From: Candidatus Korarchaeum cryptofilum OPF8
GTDB taxonomy: Archaea > Korarchaeota > Korarchaeia > Korarchaeales > Korarchaeaceae
NCBI RefSeq assembly: GCF_000019605.1
Contig: NC_010482.1
Coordinates: 660,001 to 692,000 of the forward strand
Direction of reading: 5' to 3'
Length of the DNA: 32,000 bases
The notes below the pieces were generated by a model. The model had not been told where the DNA came from, did no database searches, and saw nothing but the letters and a program-made list of their open reading frames with translations. Shown piece by piece: positions 9,527-17,425 of this stretch. The stretch's first letter is position 1; the number at the start of each line of letters is the position of its first letter. The translations under genes and the position numbers were made by a program.

Positions 9527-10416
9527 GTGAAAAATTTTGAGGTTAATGGGCATGATATCTCAGGCTCGCTTCCTACTTACATCCACATGATGGAGGAAGC
9601 CGAGGCGACTATCTCAGAGCTATTAACTGGACATCCTAAGACCTCGAAGATGTGGAACCTCCTTAAAGATGATCCAGAGGTCAACGCTGACTGGGACATG
9701 TCCAATTACATAGCTGTAGCGAAGCTCGGCTATAACGAGCATGGTGAGATCCATGCGAAGATAGTAACTGCTAACGCCCTCAAGATGCTCAAGCTACTCT
9801 TAGAGCATGGGATAATGCCGAGCGTAATCAAGGAGAGGGCTGGTGATGAGGACGATGCTCATTTGATAGTCCTAACCGCTTCCTTACTCCACGATATAGG
9901 GAATCAAGTCCATAGGGAGGGTCACCCCTCATACAGCGTTTACCTAGCGATTCCACTCCTGAATAGGCTCCTACCTGAGATATATGAGGATGAGGAAGTG
10001 ATGTACGAGATCAGAGGCACATATTACATTGCATAGTATCGCATGAAGCGGATACCAGGGATCTCACCGAGGAAGCTAGTATAGTGGGCATAGCCGATGG
10101 CACTGATATGACTAAGGGCAGGGGGAGGCTCGCTTTCGATAAGGGGAACGTCAACATACGTACTGTATCAGCGCTAAGCATAGAGGAAGTTCATATGAGG
10201 GAAGGGGAGAGGGCGCCCATAAGGATAGAGGTCCACATGAACAACAGCGCTGGCATATTCCAAGTGCAGGGGACCCTGGGTAAGAAGATAAAGGACAGTC
10301 CAATAGAGGATTACGTTGAAGTAGTAGCTTTGACTATGCCGGATGAACCTAGGATGGATCAGAGGATAGTGAATCAGTTAGTCATAATGGAAGGGAAGTT
10401 CAAGCCCAAGGATTAG
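9527..10416 (+). pseudogene. HD-domain phosphohydrolase, disrupted by a 1-nt frame change near 10018
   Basis: ORF 9527..10036 carries LLHDIGN (the HD motif) and stops 6 codons after ..YEIRG. The frame of ORF 10084..10416 is open back to 9994 and reads HILHCIVSHEADTRDLTEEASIVGIADGTDMTKGRGR from base 10018. Joining at G10016-C10018 gives a continuous ..EIRG|HILHCIVSH.. protein. The true start is more likely ATG 9587 (MMEEAEA). Confidence 0.6.
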
Positions 10417-10817
10417 CCCACTACAGTCACTACCACATTCCTCTCCCTCGGGCCGTCCAGCTCGATCAACAGTATGCTCTGCCAAGTCCCCCTCAGGATC
10501 CTGCCCGAGGAGACGGGGAAAGCTCTCGAAGGTCCTATGAAGGATGAGGCTAGATGAGCGTAGGCGTTATCATCAATCCTGTCATGCTCCCATCCCTCCC
10601 TCACGAACTCCTCCCTTATCTTCCTGATTATATCATTTATCAGGCCCCTCTCATTCTCATTAGCCACTAGAGCGGCTGTGGCATGAGGGAGGTGCACTAA
10701 GCAGATCCCCTCGCTTATCCCGGATCTCCTAACTATTGCTTCTACGTCCCCAGTTATATCTATAACTTGGATCCTCTCCTTGCTCCTGACCCGCAGGGTC
10801 TCGATGTAGGAAGCCAT
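10413..10817 (-). CDS. YjbQ/UPF0047 family protein (secondary thiamine-phosphate synthase-like)
   Basis: 134 aa. Motifs HATAALVANENE, AHL.SSFIGPS and GTWQSILLIELDGPRERNVVV are typical of UPF0047. Confidence 0.8.
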   Translation of the reverse strand: MASYIETLRVRSKERIQVIDITGDVEAIVRRSGISEGICLVHLPHATAALVANENERGLINDIIRKIREEFVREGWEHDRIDDNAYAHLASSFIGPSRAFPVSSGRILRGTWQSILLIELDGPRERNVVVTVVG

Positions 10818-11014
10818 AAGCCTTCAGAGATTACGGGATAAAAAATCTTCCCCGATGCGGGCTCGGATTCAGATGTACCATTTGCATTTAGATGGATCTA
10901 CTCATGCGGGATAGCCCGAACTCAATTCCGAAAAACTCTCCAGACACGCTCCTTAAGCCCTGGAATGAGTGATCGAGCGATAAGTTCTTCAGGGGTCAGC
11001 TCCCCATAAGGGGG

Positions 11015-12109
11015 ATGGAGTTCTACGCCACGTGCACCCCCGGACTGGAGTTCATCTCAGCCAAGGAGATAGAGGGGAAGGGGCTGGGGAGATTGATTGA
11101 ATTGAGGGAGGGGAGGGGGAGAGTGATCTTCGAGTCGGAGTACGATATGATTCCCTCGCTGAACTGCTCCCTCAGGAGCGTTGAAAGAATAGTGCTCCTA
11201 CTGGCCAGGGAGAGGACCTCTGAGCTTGATGGGATATACAGGGCCGTTAAGGGGATAGATTTCAGCTTCATGAGACCTGAATGGAGTTTCGCCGTGAGAT
11301 CGAATAGGTTGGGGGAGCATGACTTCACTTCAGTTGACATAGGGAGGGTGGCGGGGCAGGCTGTCATAGATAGCTACATGGAGGCCAGGGGGGTCAGGCT
11401 CAAGGTGAACCTGGATTCTCCGGATGTCATAGTGAGGTGCGATCTTATAAAGGACGAGCTTTTAGTCGGTATAGATATGACTGGAGATGAGGGCCTTCAT
11501 AAGAGGAATTACAGGGTTTATCAGCATCCAGCTCCCCTGAACCCTACGTTAGCTTCCTCTCTGATCTACTTATCCGAGTGGAGTCACGAGCACTCCCTCC
11601 TCGATCCCTTCTGCGGCAGCGGGACCATACTCTTCGAGGCCGGGATGATAGCTAGAGGCACTCCGGTATGCAAGTTCAGGAGGGACTTCGCTTTCCTGAA
11701 GTTCTTCGGGGAGCTTCCGAGTTTTGAGGAGAGGGATGTCGAGCTGAAGCTTTATGGAGTCGAGAAGTTCAGGAAGCACATAGAGGGAGCTGAGCTGATA
11801 GCTAGATACGTCGGGATATACCCTGAGTTCATCCAGGGGCACGCTGAGAGGATAGGGGAGTACTTCGATAGCGTGGATTTCATCGTCACAAATCCACCGT
11901 ACGGCTTGAGGATCGGGAAGAAGGGGATTATAGAGAAGATCTACGCTGGATTCCTGAGGGCCGCTAGCTCGATACTAAAGAGGAGGATGGTAGTCATAAC
12001 TTCCGAGACGTCTATATTTGAGAAGCACGCCCGAGATAACTTCGAAAAAATTGAGAAGCTCGAGGTCATGTACGGTGGCCTGAGGACGGGTGTCTATATC
12101 GTGAGGTGA
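11015..12109 (+). CDS. THUMP-domain class I SAM-dependent RNA methyltransferase (Trm14/RlmL-like, COG0116)
   Basis: 364 aa. N-terminal ferredoxin-like plus THUMP region, SAM motif I LLDPFCGSGTILFEAG, catalytic motif IV IVTNPPYG. Confidence 0.8.
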   Translation: MEFYATCTPGLEFISAKEIEGKGLGRLIELREGRGRVIFESEYDMIPSLNCSLRSVERIVLLLARERTSELDGIYRAVKGIDFSFMRPEWSFAVRSNRLGEHDFTSVDIGRVAGQAVIDSYMEARGVRLKVNLDSPDVIVRCDLIKDELLVGIDMTGDEGLHKRNYRVYQHPAPLNPTLASSLIYLSEWSHEHSLLDPFCGSGTILFEAGMIARGTPVCKFRRDFAFLKFFGELPSFEERDVELKLYGVEKFRKHIEGAELIARYVGIYPEFIQGHAERIGEYFDSVDFIVTNPPYGLRIGKKGIIEKIYAGFLRAASSILKRRMVVITSETSIFEKHARDNFEKIEKLEVMYGGLRTGVYIVR

Positions 12110-12130
12110 AGAAATGAATTTATCTTCGCG

Positions 12131-12757
12131 ATGCCCTCATTCATGATGCCCTACAGCTTCAACTTCGACCTCTCATCCCTGCCTAAGAGCTTCTTCTCAG
12201 AAATAATCAGAGCTTCTTATAGAGCCAGGATCCACAGGAAGCTCACTTCCACAGCCAGGAGGATAGTGAAACTCTTCAAGCTGGAGGAAATAACGGGACT
12301 GGATTTGGAGAAAGCCATATCATTAGTTGAGGACCTCATCGAGATATTCATGCTCAATGAGATGAACAGGGGGAGGTTCGAGGGGGTGAGGAGGAAGGCC
12401 CTATTCCTCCCCCATTGCTCGAGGAAGTACATGGATTCGAGGTGCAGGGCTGAGTTCAGGGAGGATCTATCTACTTACGTCTGCGGGAAGTGCTCCGATG
12501 ACTGTCTCATAAGGAGGGCCAGCGAGCTCGCTGAGGAGAGGGGTTACGATGTCTACGTGGTCCCGGGGGGATCCTGCTTACCTAAGATAATAGAGAAGAT
12601 GAATTACGAAGCTGTAGTAGGTGTCGCTTGCGGCATGGAGCTCCTCTTGGCTTACCGATACTTGAAGGACTTCCCAGCCCAAGGTGTACCTTTAATGAGG
12701 AATGGATGCTCTAGAACTATCTTTGACCTCGAATCCCTTGAGAACTCCCTTCTCTGA
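12131..12757 (+). CDS. DUF116 domain-containing Cys-rich protein
   Basis: 208 aa. ALFLPHCSRKYMDSRC...YVCGKCSDDCLI...YDVYVVPGGSC matches the DUF116 cysteine pattern. It lies 21 nt downstream of the THUMP methyltransferase gene. Confidence 0.7.
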   Translation: MPSFMMPYSFNFDLSSLPKSFFSEIIRASYRARIHRKLTSTARRIVKLFKLEEITGLDLEKAISLVEDLIEIFMLNEMNRGRFEGVRRKALFLPHCSRKYMDSRCRAEFREDLSTYVCGKCSDDCLIRRASELAEERGYDVYVVPGGSCLPKIIEKMNYEAVVGVACGMELLLAYRYLKDFPAQGVPLMRNGCSRTIFDLESLENSLL

Positions 12758-14185
12758 TTTTCGAATCGTCCTATTCAGGGGGAGCCTAGATGTTGAGAAG
12801 AGCATCGCTGATGCCATTATCAACGATTGAAATTTGAAGGTCTCGCTCAGAGCCCTCGAGAGCAGATTCACATTCCCCAGATCTATCGGATTCGTTAACT
12901 CGGCAGCTATGAGCTTCGAGGCTAAGTCGTAGGGGATGAAGCCTGTCATAAGGAGGACGCTCAGGTTCAAGCTGGCTGCAAATCCTATGTTGAAGGATAG
13001 AGCCCTTATGGATGAGGCGACCCCCCTCCTCTCCTGAGGGGCCCCTGCCATTATCGAGCTGGCGTTTGGAGTGACGAAGAGGCCGGCTCCGCAGCCCAGG
13101 AGGAGCATAGTCGCTACTATGAACCTTATTGATGTCTGAGTGGAGAAAAGGGACATCATATAGAGGGAAGTTGAGGAGAGAGCGAGACCCAGCATCGTTA
13201 TAGGGGCATATCCGTATTTATCGGAGAGCTTACCTCCCAGAGTCCCGAATATGAGGAAGGAGAACTCGAAGGGGAGGAGGAGCATCCCGGTCAAGGATGC
13301 GCTCAACCCCTTAACTACTGAGAGGTAGATGACTAACAGCACTGTGACGGAACCGAAGGCGAGGGAGTAGAGGAACTGAGCTACTATTCCCCCTGCGAAC
13401 TGCCAATTCCTGAAGATCCTCAGATCTAGGGCTGGTGAAGACGACTTCAGCTCGAGATAGATGAAGAGGAGGAGTATCAGGGATCCCAGGGAAGCTAAGA
13501 TGAGCGATGCCCTGAGGTAAGCGCTACCGTATGCGGCGAGCGTGAGGGATAGTAGTATCAATGAGATCGCGGAAGTGAAGGAGAGGAAGCCCGGATAATC
13601 TATCTTCGCTTTAACAGGCCTGTAAACTTCCTTGAGCCTCATCTTAGACCAGAAAACTGAGATGAGCCCCAGGGGGACGTGAACCCAGAAGACCCACCTC
13701 CAGCCTAAGTTATCTATTATCAGACCCCCCAGAGTCAGGCCTATGAGGGAACCGAGCCTGAAGGCTATCTGATTGACCCCTATCCATGTCCCCAGCTGTC
13801 CCTTGGGCACAGAATCTGTTATTATCGTCAAGCTCAAGCTCATGAGGAAAGCTGCCCCGATCCCCTGGATTAGCCTCAGGGAGATCAATTGAAATACGTT
13901 AGAGGAGAAGCCGCAGAGCAATGAGGATAGTGAGAAAAAGGCAAAACCCATTGAGAAGAGGTTAACTCTCCCGTAGATATCGCTCAAGCTCCCGACAATC
14001 AATTGTACAGCTGTAGAACCGAGCATATAAGCTTGAGTCAACCATATCACTTGCTCGACATCGGCCCCTAAGGAGTGGGCTAGCTCAGGTATCCCGACCA
14101 CAAGTATCCTGGCGTTTATTCCTGTGAGGAAGGAGGCTAAGGTGGTGACTGAGAGCACGTGCAGTATTTCTCTTCTTTCGCTCAT
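12692..14185 (-). CDS. MFS transporter, 14-TM DHA2/EmrB-like drug:H+ antiporter type
   Basis: 497-aa polytopic protein. MFS motif A-like GSLSDIYGRVN and motif-like LIQGIGAAF. About 14 hydrophobic segments. Confidence 0.8.
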   Translation of the reverse strand: MSERREILHVLSVTTLASFLTGINARILVVGIPELAHSLGADVEQVIWLTQAYMLGSTAVQLIVGSLSDIYGRVNLFSMGFAFFSLSSLLCGFSSNVFQLISLRLIQGIGAAFLMSLSLTIITDSVPKGQLGTWIGVNQIAFRLGSLIGLTLGGLIIDNLGWRWVFWVHVPLGLISVFWSKMRLKEVYRPVKAKIDYPGFLSFTSAISLILLSLTLAAYGSAYLRASLILASLGSLILLLFIYLELKSSSPALDLRIFRNWQFAGGIVAQFLYSLAFGSVTVLLVIYLSVVKGLSASLTGMLLLPFEFSFLIFGTLGGKLSDKYGYAPITMLGLALSSTSLYMMSLFSTQTSIRFIVATMLLLGCGAGLFVTPNASSIMAGAPQERRGVASSIRALSFNIGFAASLNLSVLLMTGFIPYDLASKLIAAELTNPIDLGNVNLLSRALSETFKFQSLIMASAMLFSTSRLPLNRTIRKSEKGVLKGFEVKDSSRASIPH

Positions 14186-14201
14186 TTCAGCTCACATCCC
14201 T

Positions 14202-14396
14202 TCACATATAGTTTCGCCTGGGATGACAATCTGATTGAGATAAAAAGGTATCATCGCAAGGTATGAGCGTCTTATCTTCCTCCTTCAGGAGGAGGATGTA
14301 CTTATCTTTGTAAAGTACCCTGGCTGCGAGGGCGGCCGTGAACCCGCTCGCGCCCCCACCAACGATTATTGTATCGCGTGCCCGCACCCTGAACAC
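14202..14396 (-). pseudogene. N-terminal stub of an FAD/NAD(P)-binding pyridine nucleotide-disulfide oxidoreductase
   Basis: A 64-aa ORF carrying only the dinucleotide-binding beta-alpha-beta motif DTIIVGGGASGFTAALAARV followed by ILLLKEEDKTLIPC, then a stop. Full-length relatives are several hundred aa. The MFS gene starts 17 nt downstream. Confidence 0.5.
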
Positions 14397-14412
14397 CTTC
14401 GCATGGATTGTG

Positions 14413-14425
14413 TTTTAAATTTAAA
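14413..14425 (-). promoter_or_regulatory. TATA-like box (ttttaaatttaaa) upstream of the oxidoreductase stub / MFS unit
   Basis: Centred about 24 nt upstream of the GTG at 14396, which is leaderless spacing. Confidence 0.45.
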
Positions 14426-14804
14426 CTTTTCAATTGCATGAAGGCCATCTGACCAGTATCCACTTAAAATGATTAGATACATCCAGTATATCATTAAAAT
14501 ATGAACGCTATATATCATAGATATCTTTATTTTTACCTAAAAAGCGGATCGATGCGGAAATCTCGGAATGTTGAAGATATATGGGAATAGTAGGGAGTTT
14601 GAGGATCAGATCCCTCTGATAGGCATCGCTCTGGATATCTTTTTAAATATTGGAGCCCTTTAGCTCGTGATGAAAACCTCGGGCTAGCGGCCGAGGGGCT
14701 GTGAGAACCCAACTAAACGCAATAGAAAGTAGCTGAGAGATCGGCTAGGAAGCCTCTGGTTTCTGCGAAGGAGATCCAAAGAGTTTTAAGTTCTGGTATT
14801 CAGC

Positions 14805-15926
14805 TCATCTCACCTTCAACCCCATGCCAGTCAGTATCACGAGGGAAGGCCCATCTACCTTACCCAACCACTTCTTGTAAGCTGCGTAAGCTACAGCGGA
14901 GCTGGGTTCGACGTATAAGCCCTGGAGAGCTAGCTCCCTATGGGCTTCTATTATCTCTTCCTCCTCAACTATCTCGGCATCACCCACTCCCCTCATCTCC
15001 TCGACCATCATATTTAGCAGGGGAGGATTCGGGCTTATCAAGGCATCAGCAACACTCTTAACTACCTTGGGCGGGGAATAAGTCAAGCCCTTGAGCTTAT
15101 GGTATAGAGGAGAGATTAACTTAGTCTGACAAGCCACTACGAATGGCATCTCATCTATCTCGCCTGAATCCAGGAGGTGCTTGAATCCCCTCAGAGTACC
15201 GAGCAATAAGGTACCGGCTGAGACGGGTAAGAATATATATTTTGGAGGCCTCCAGTTGAATTGCTCAGCTATCTCGTATGCGACGGTCCTCATAGCGTCC
15301 CAGTATATGGGATGGTAGACGTGACCGACGTAGAACTTCCCCTCCTCGGGAGCCATCGCTTCAGCAGTAATTTCATCCCTTCTCCCCTCAACCCTTATTA
15401 TTTCAGCTCCGTAAGCCTTTATCTGCTCAACTTTAGGGCCGCTAGCCGTTGAAGGCACGTAAATCCTGGCTCTAATTCCTGATGCTGCTGAGTAAGCTGC
15501 TACAGAGGCCCCAGCGTTTCCCGAGGAGTCCTCGCTTATGTAACCCGATCTGACCCTCCCAGCTAGAGTCGAGAGGAGTATCGAGGAACCCCTATCCTTG
15601 AAGGATCCAGTCGGATTGAGGAAATCTAGCTTGAAGTAAGCATCTTTCCCCTTTATTATGGGGGTCCATCCCTCCCCCAAGCTCACCCTCTCCTCTACGT
15701 GAGGGAAGAACTTTCTGTACCTCCAGATCGTTTGCTCCTCCCTCTCTATGAGTTCCCTCTCGAAATGGAAATCTAGGATGAGCTCCAGAGGGGAACCGCA
15801 CTTGCACCTGAACTCAAGGGGGTCAGATGTCTCGTAACCGCAGGATCGACATCTAGCGGTATACATGCTCCCCCCTCTCATTATATAATAATAAGATAAT
15901 AATTTTGATGCATCCCAAATTTTCAC
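14805..15926 (-). CDS. thrC: threonine synthase with N-terminal zinc ribbon
   Basis: PLP-lysine motif FLNPTGSFKDRG and glycine-rich SSGNAGAS. N-terminal CRSCGY...CKCGSP. The biological start is probably M21 (ATG at 15866, MYTARCRSCGY), preceded by a GGGGGGAG purine run. Confidence 0.85.
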   Translation of the reverse strand: MKIWDASKLLSYYYIMRGGSMYTARCRSCGYETSDPLEFRCKCGSPLELILDFHFERELIEREEQTIWRYRKFFPHVEERVSLGEGWTPIIKGKDAYFKLDFLNPTGSFKDRGSSILLSTLAGRVRSGYISEDSSGNAGASVAAYSAASGIRARIYVPSTASGPKVEQIKAYGAEIIRVEGRRDEITAEAMAPEEGKFYVGHVYHPIYWDAMRTVAYEIAEQFNWRPPKYIFLPVSAGTLLLGTLRGFKHLLDSGEIDEMPFVVACQTKLISPLYHKLKGLTYSPPKVVKSVADALISPNPPLLNMMVEEMRGVGDAEIVEEEEIIEAHRELALQGLYVEPSSAVAYAAYKKWLGKVDGPSLVILTGMGLKVR

Positions 15927-15999
15927 GCATTCCCCTTCCCATGAAAGATCGGTGCGAAGGGGATAAAAATACCCTGAGACGTCTCAAGGCTGTGATACC

Positions 16000-17184
16000 A
16001 TGAGGTCTTACGTCCCGCTCCTCGTCCTCATCCTAGCATCATTCGCCATCCTCTATCTAGCTCTCACGAGCAATCCGGATCTCAAGGCTTCTTATGACTC
16101 TCTCAAGAAGGAGCATGAAAAACTCCTATCGGAATATAAAAAGCTCAATTCAACCTACAATGATCTCAAGAGAGAGCATGAGAACGCTCTGAATGAGTTA
16201 AAGGAGCTTAAGGCCTCATATGAATCCCTGAGGAAGGAGCATGAAAAACTCCTATCGAGCTACAATGCGCTTAATTCCAGCTATAGCGCACTCAGGAAGG
16301 AGCATGAAGCTACCCTGAGTGAGTTAAGGACGCTGAGGAGCGAGTACGAATCTCTCGCGAGAAGATACAATGAGCTGCAGGAGGACTTCGGTGCACTCAA
16401 GAGAGAGCATGAGAACACTTTGAATGAGTTGAGGAATCTGAGAAGCGAGTATGATGATTTAATGAGCAGATACAATAAGCTGCAGGGAGATTACAACGAT
16501 CTTTTGAATGCATACAATCTCCTGAAGGGCTACCATTCCTCAGCCAAGCAAGTGAGGTGGTATGAGAAAGTAGCTTATGAGAAACTGAGTACGAATTGGT
16601 TCAAAACTGAACTAGCCCTTTGGAGGAGTTGGTACATCCTAAAATCTGATTTAAGGGTCTTGCTCCTCTCAGATGACTATGGGCAGGCTGGAGCGACTAT
16701 GTTCGCTGAGATGGTGAGGAGGGATCTCTCATACAACAGCGATCTCTACAGGGGGATCATCCATGAGTGGCTGAGGGATCACCCAGCTAGGAATGAGGTG
16801 GAGCTCGCGAATGAGATAGCCAGGCTCTTCTACTCATTGGATCATAAATACGCTTATCCTGGTGTGGATGAGCCCAACGCTGGGCTTCCCCTATTCCCAG
16901 TAGAGCTCCTAGCTTACAATTTAGGGGATTGTGAGGATCATGCCATGCTATTAGCTGCCCTCTACAAAACAGCGGGTTTCAGAGTCAGGATGATAACAGT
17001 TCCGAGGCATGCTGCCCTTCAGATATATTTAGATGGAAGATGGCGTTTCCTCGAGGCTACAATACACTTCGACGATGGGGGAGATGCTCCTTGCTCCTTC
17101 TACTCCAGTTTGACCGTGGATTATCTTGAGAGGACCTTCCTTAATGGGTACAGTGGTGTTACTTATTACTACGATGAGGTCTAG
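16000..17184 (+). CDS. membrane-anchored coiled-coil protein with C-terminal transglutaminase-like cysteine protease domain
   Basis: 394 aa with an N-terminal TM (LLVLILASFAILYLAL). About 21 uninterrupted heptads span aa 28-176. TGase-like core: NLGDCEDHAMLLAALYKTAGFRVRMITVPRHAALQIYLDGRWRFLEAT (candidate triad C311/H337/E352). Confidence 0.75.
   Translation: MRSYVPLLVLILASFAILYLALTSNPDLKASYDSLKKEHEKLLSEYKKLNSTYNDLKREHENALNELKELKASYESLRKEHEKLLSSYNALNSSYSALRKEHEATLSELRTLRSEYESLARRYNELQEDFGALKREHENTLNELRNLRSEYDDLMSRYNKLQGDYNDLLNAYNLLKGYHSSAKQVRWYEKVAYEKLSTNWFKTELALWRSWYILKSDLRVLLLSDDYGQAGATMFAEMVRRDLSYNSDLYRGIIHEWLRDHPARNEVELANEIARLFYSLDHKYAYPGVDEPNAGLPLFPVELLAYNLGDCEDHAMLLAALYKTAGFRVRMITVPRHAALQIYLDGRWRFLEATIHFDDGGDAPCSFYSSLTVDYLERTFLNGYSGVTYYYDEV
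16081..16527 (+). repeat. in-frame heptad repeat array (Y-x-x-L-[KR]-x-E-H-E type) with exact DNA duplicates
   Basis: EHE recurs at aa 38, 59, 80, 101 and 136 (spacings 21, 21, 21, 35). Y/F..L recurs every 7 residues. The exact 24-mer aaggagcatgaaaaactcctatcg occurs at 16108 and 16234, and the 21-mer ctcaagagagagcatgagaac at 16165 and 16396. Confidence 0.85.
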
Positions 17185-17425
17185 CGATCACTTGATCTCA
17201 ATAAATTCGCCACTGATCTCCTTATTTTTATACATTCACTCCATCTATGGTATAAATGCGATCGCTAAAAGAGAAGATTCTGTTTCAATCCTCTTCTCAT
17301 GAATACGCATGAAGGTCCACTATCTCAGCCTTCTTCATTGATCCGATGTATTGCTACGTTCAAGATGCTCGGGTAAATTTATATATCTCCGTTAAGCCCG
17401 CCTCCCCTAGCTCAAGGGATAAGAG

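Noticed and set aside
10013-10021. Programmed -1 ribosomal frameshift as the explanation for the split HD gene
   Set aside because: There is no X XXY YYZ slippery heptamer (the sequence is aga ggc aca) and no obvious downstream stimulatory structure. A one-base deletion or sequencing error is more parsimonious.
10857-10920. tRNA-like acceptor pairing (gcgggct ... agcccga) in the YjbQ/THUMP intergenic region
   Set aside because: The segment is only about 63 nt. It has no T-loop (GTTCRANYC) or D-arm consensus, and the first acceptor pair is mismatched.
14664-14750. Possible C/D box sRNA (GTGATGA at about 14668, CTGA at about 14743)
   Set aside because: The box spacing of about 75 nt is too long. 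No internal D'/C' boxes occur at the expected 12-nt guide spacing, and the terminal stem is only about 3 bp.
17185-17280. Cluster of GATC sites and a GCGATCGC palindrome upstream of the methyltransferase, as a possible recognition or regulatory site
   Set aside because: GATC is frequent throughout the window, so local enrichment cannot be claimed by eye. There is no dyad symmetry relative to the TATA box at 17375..17386.
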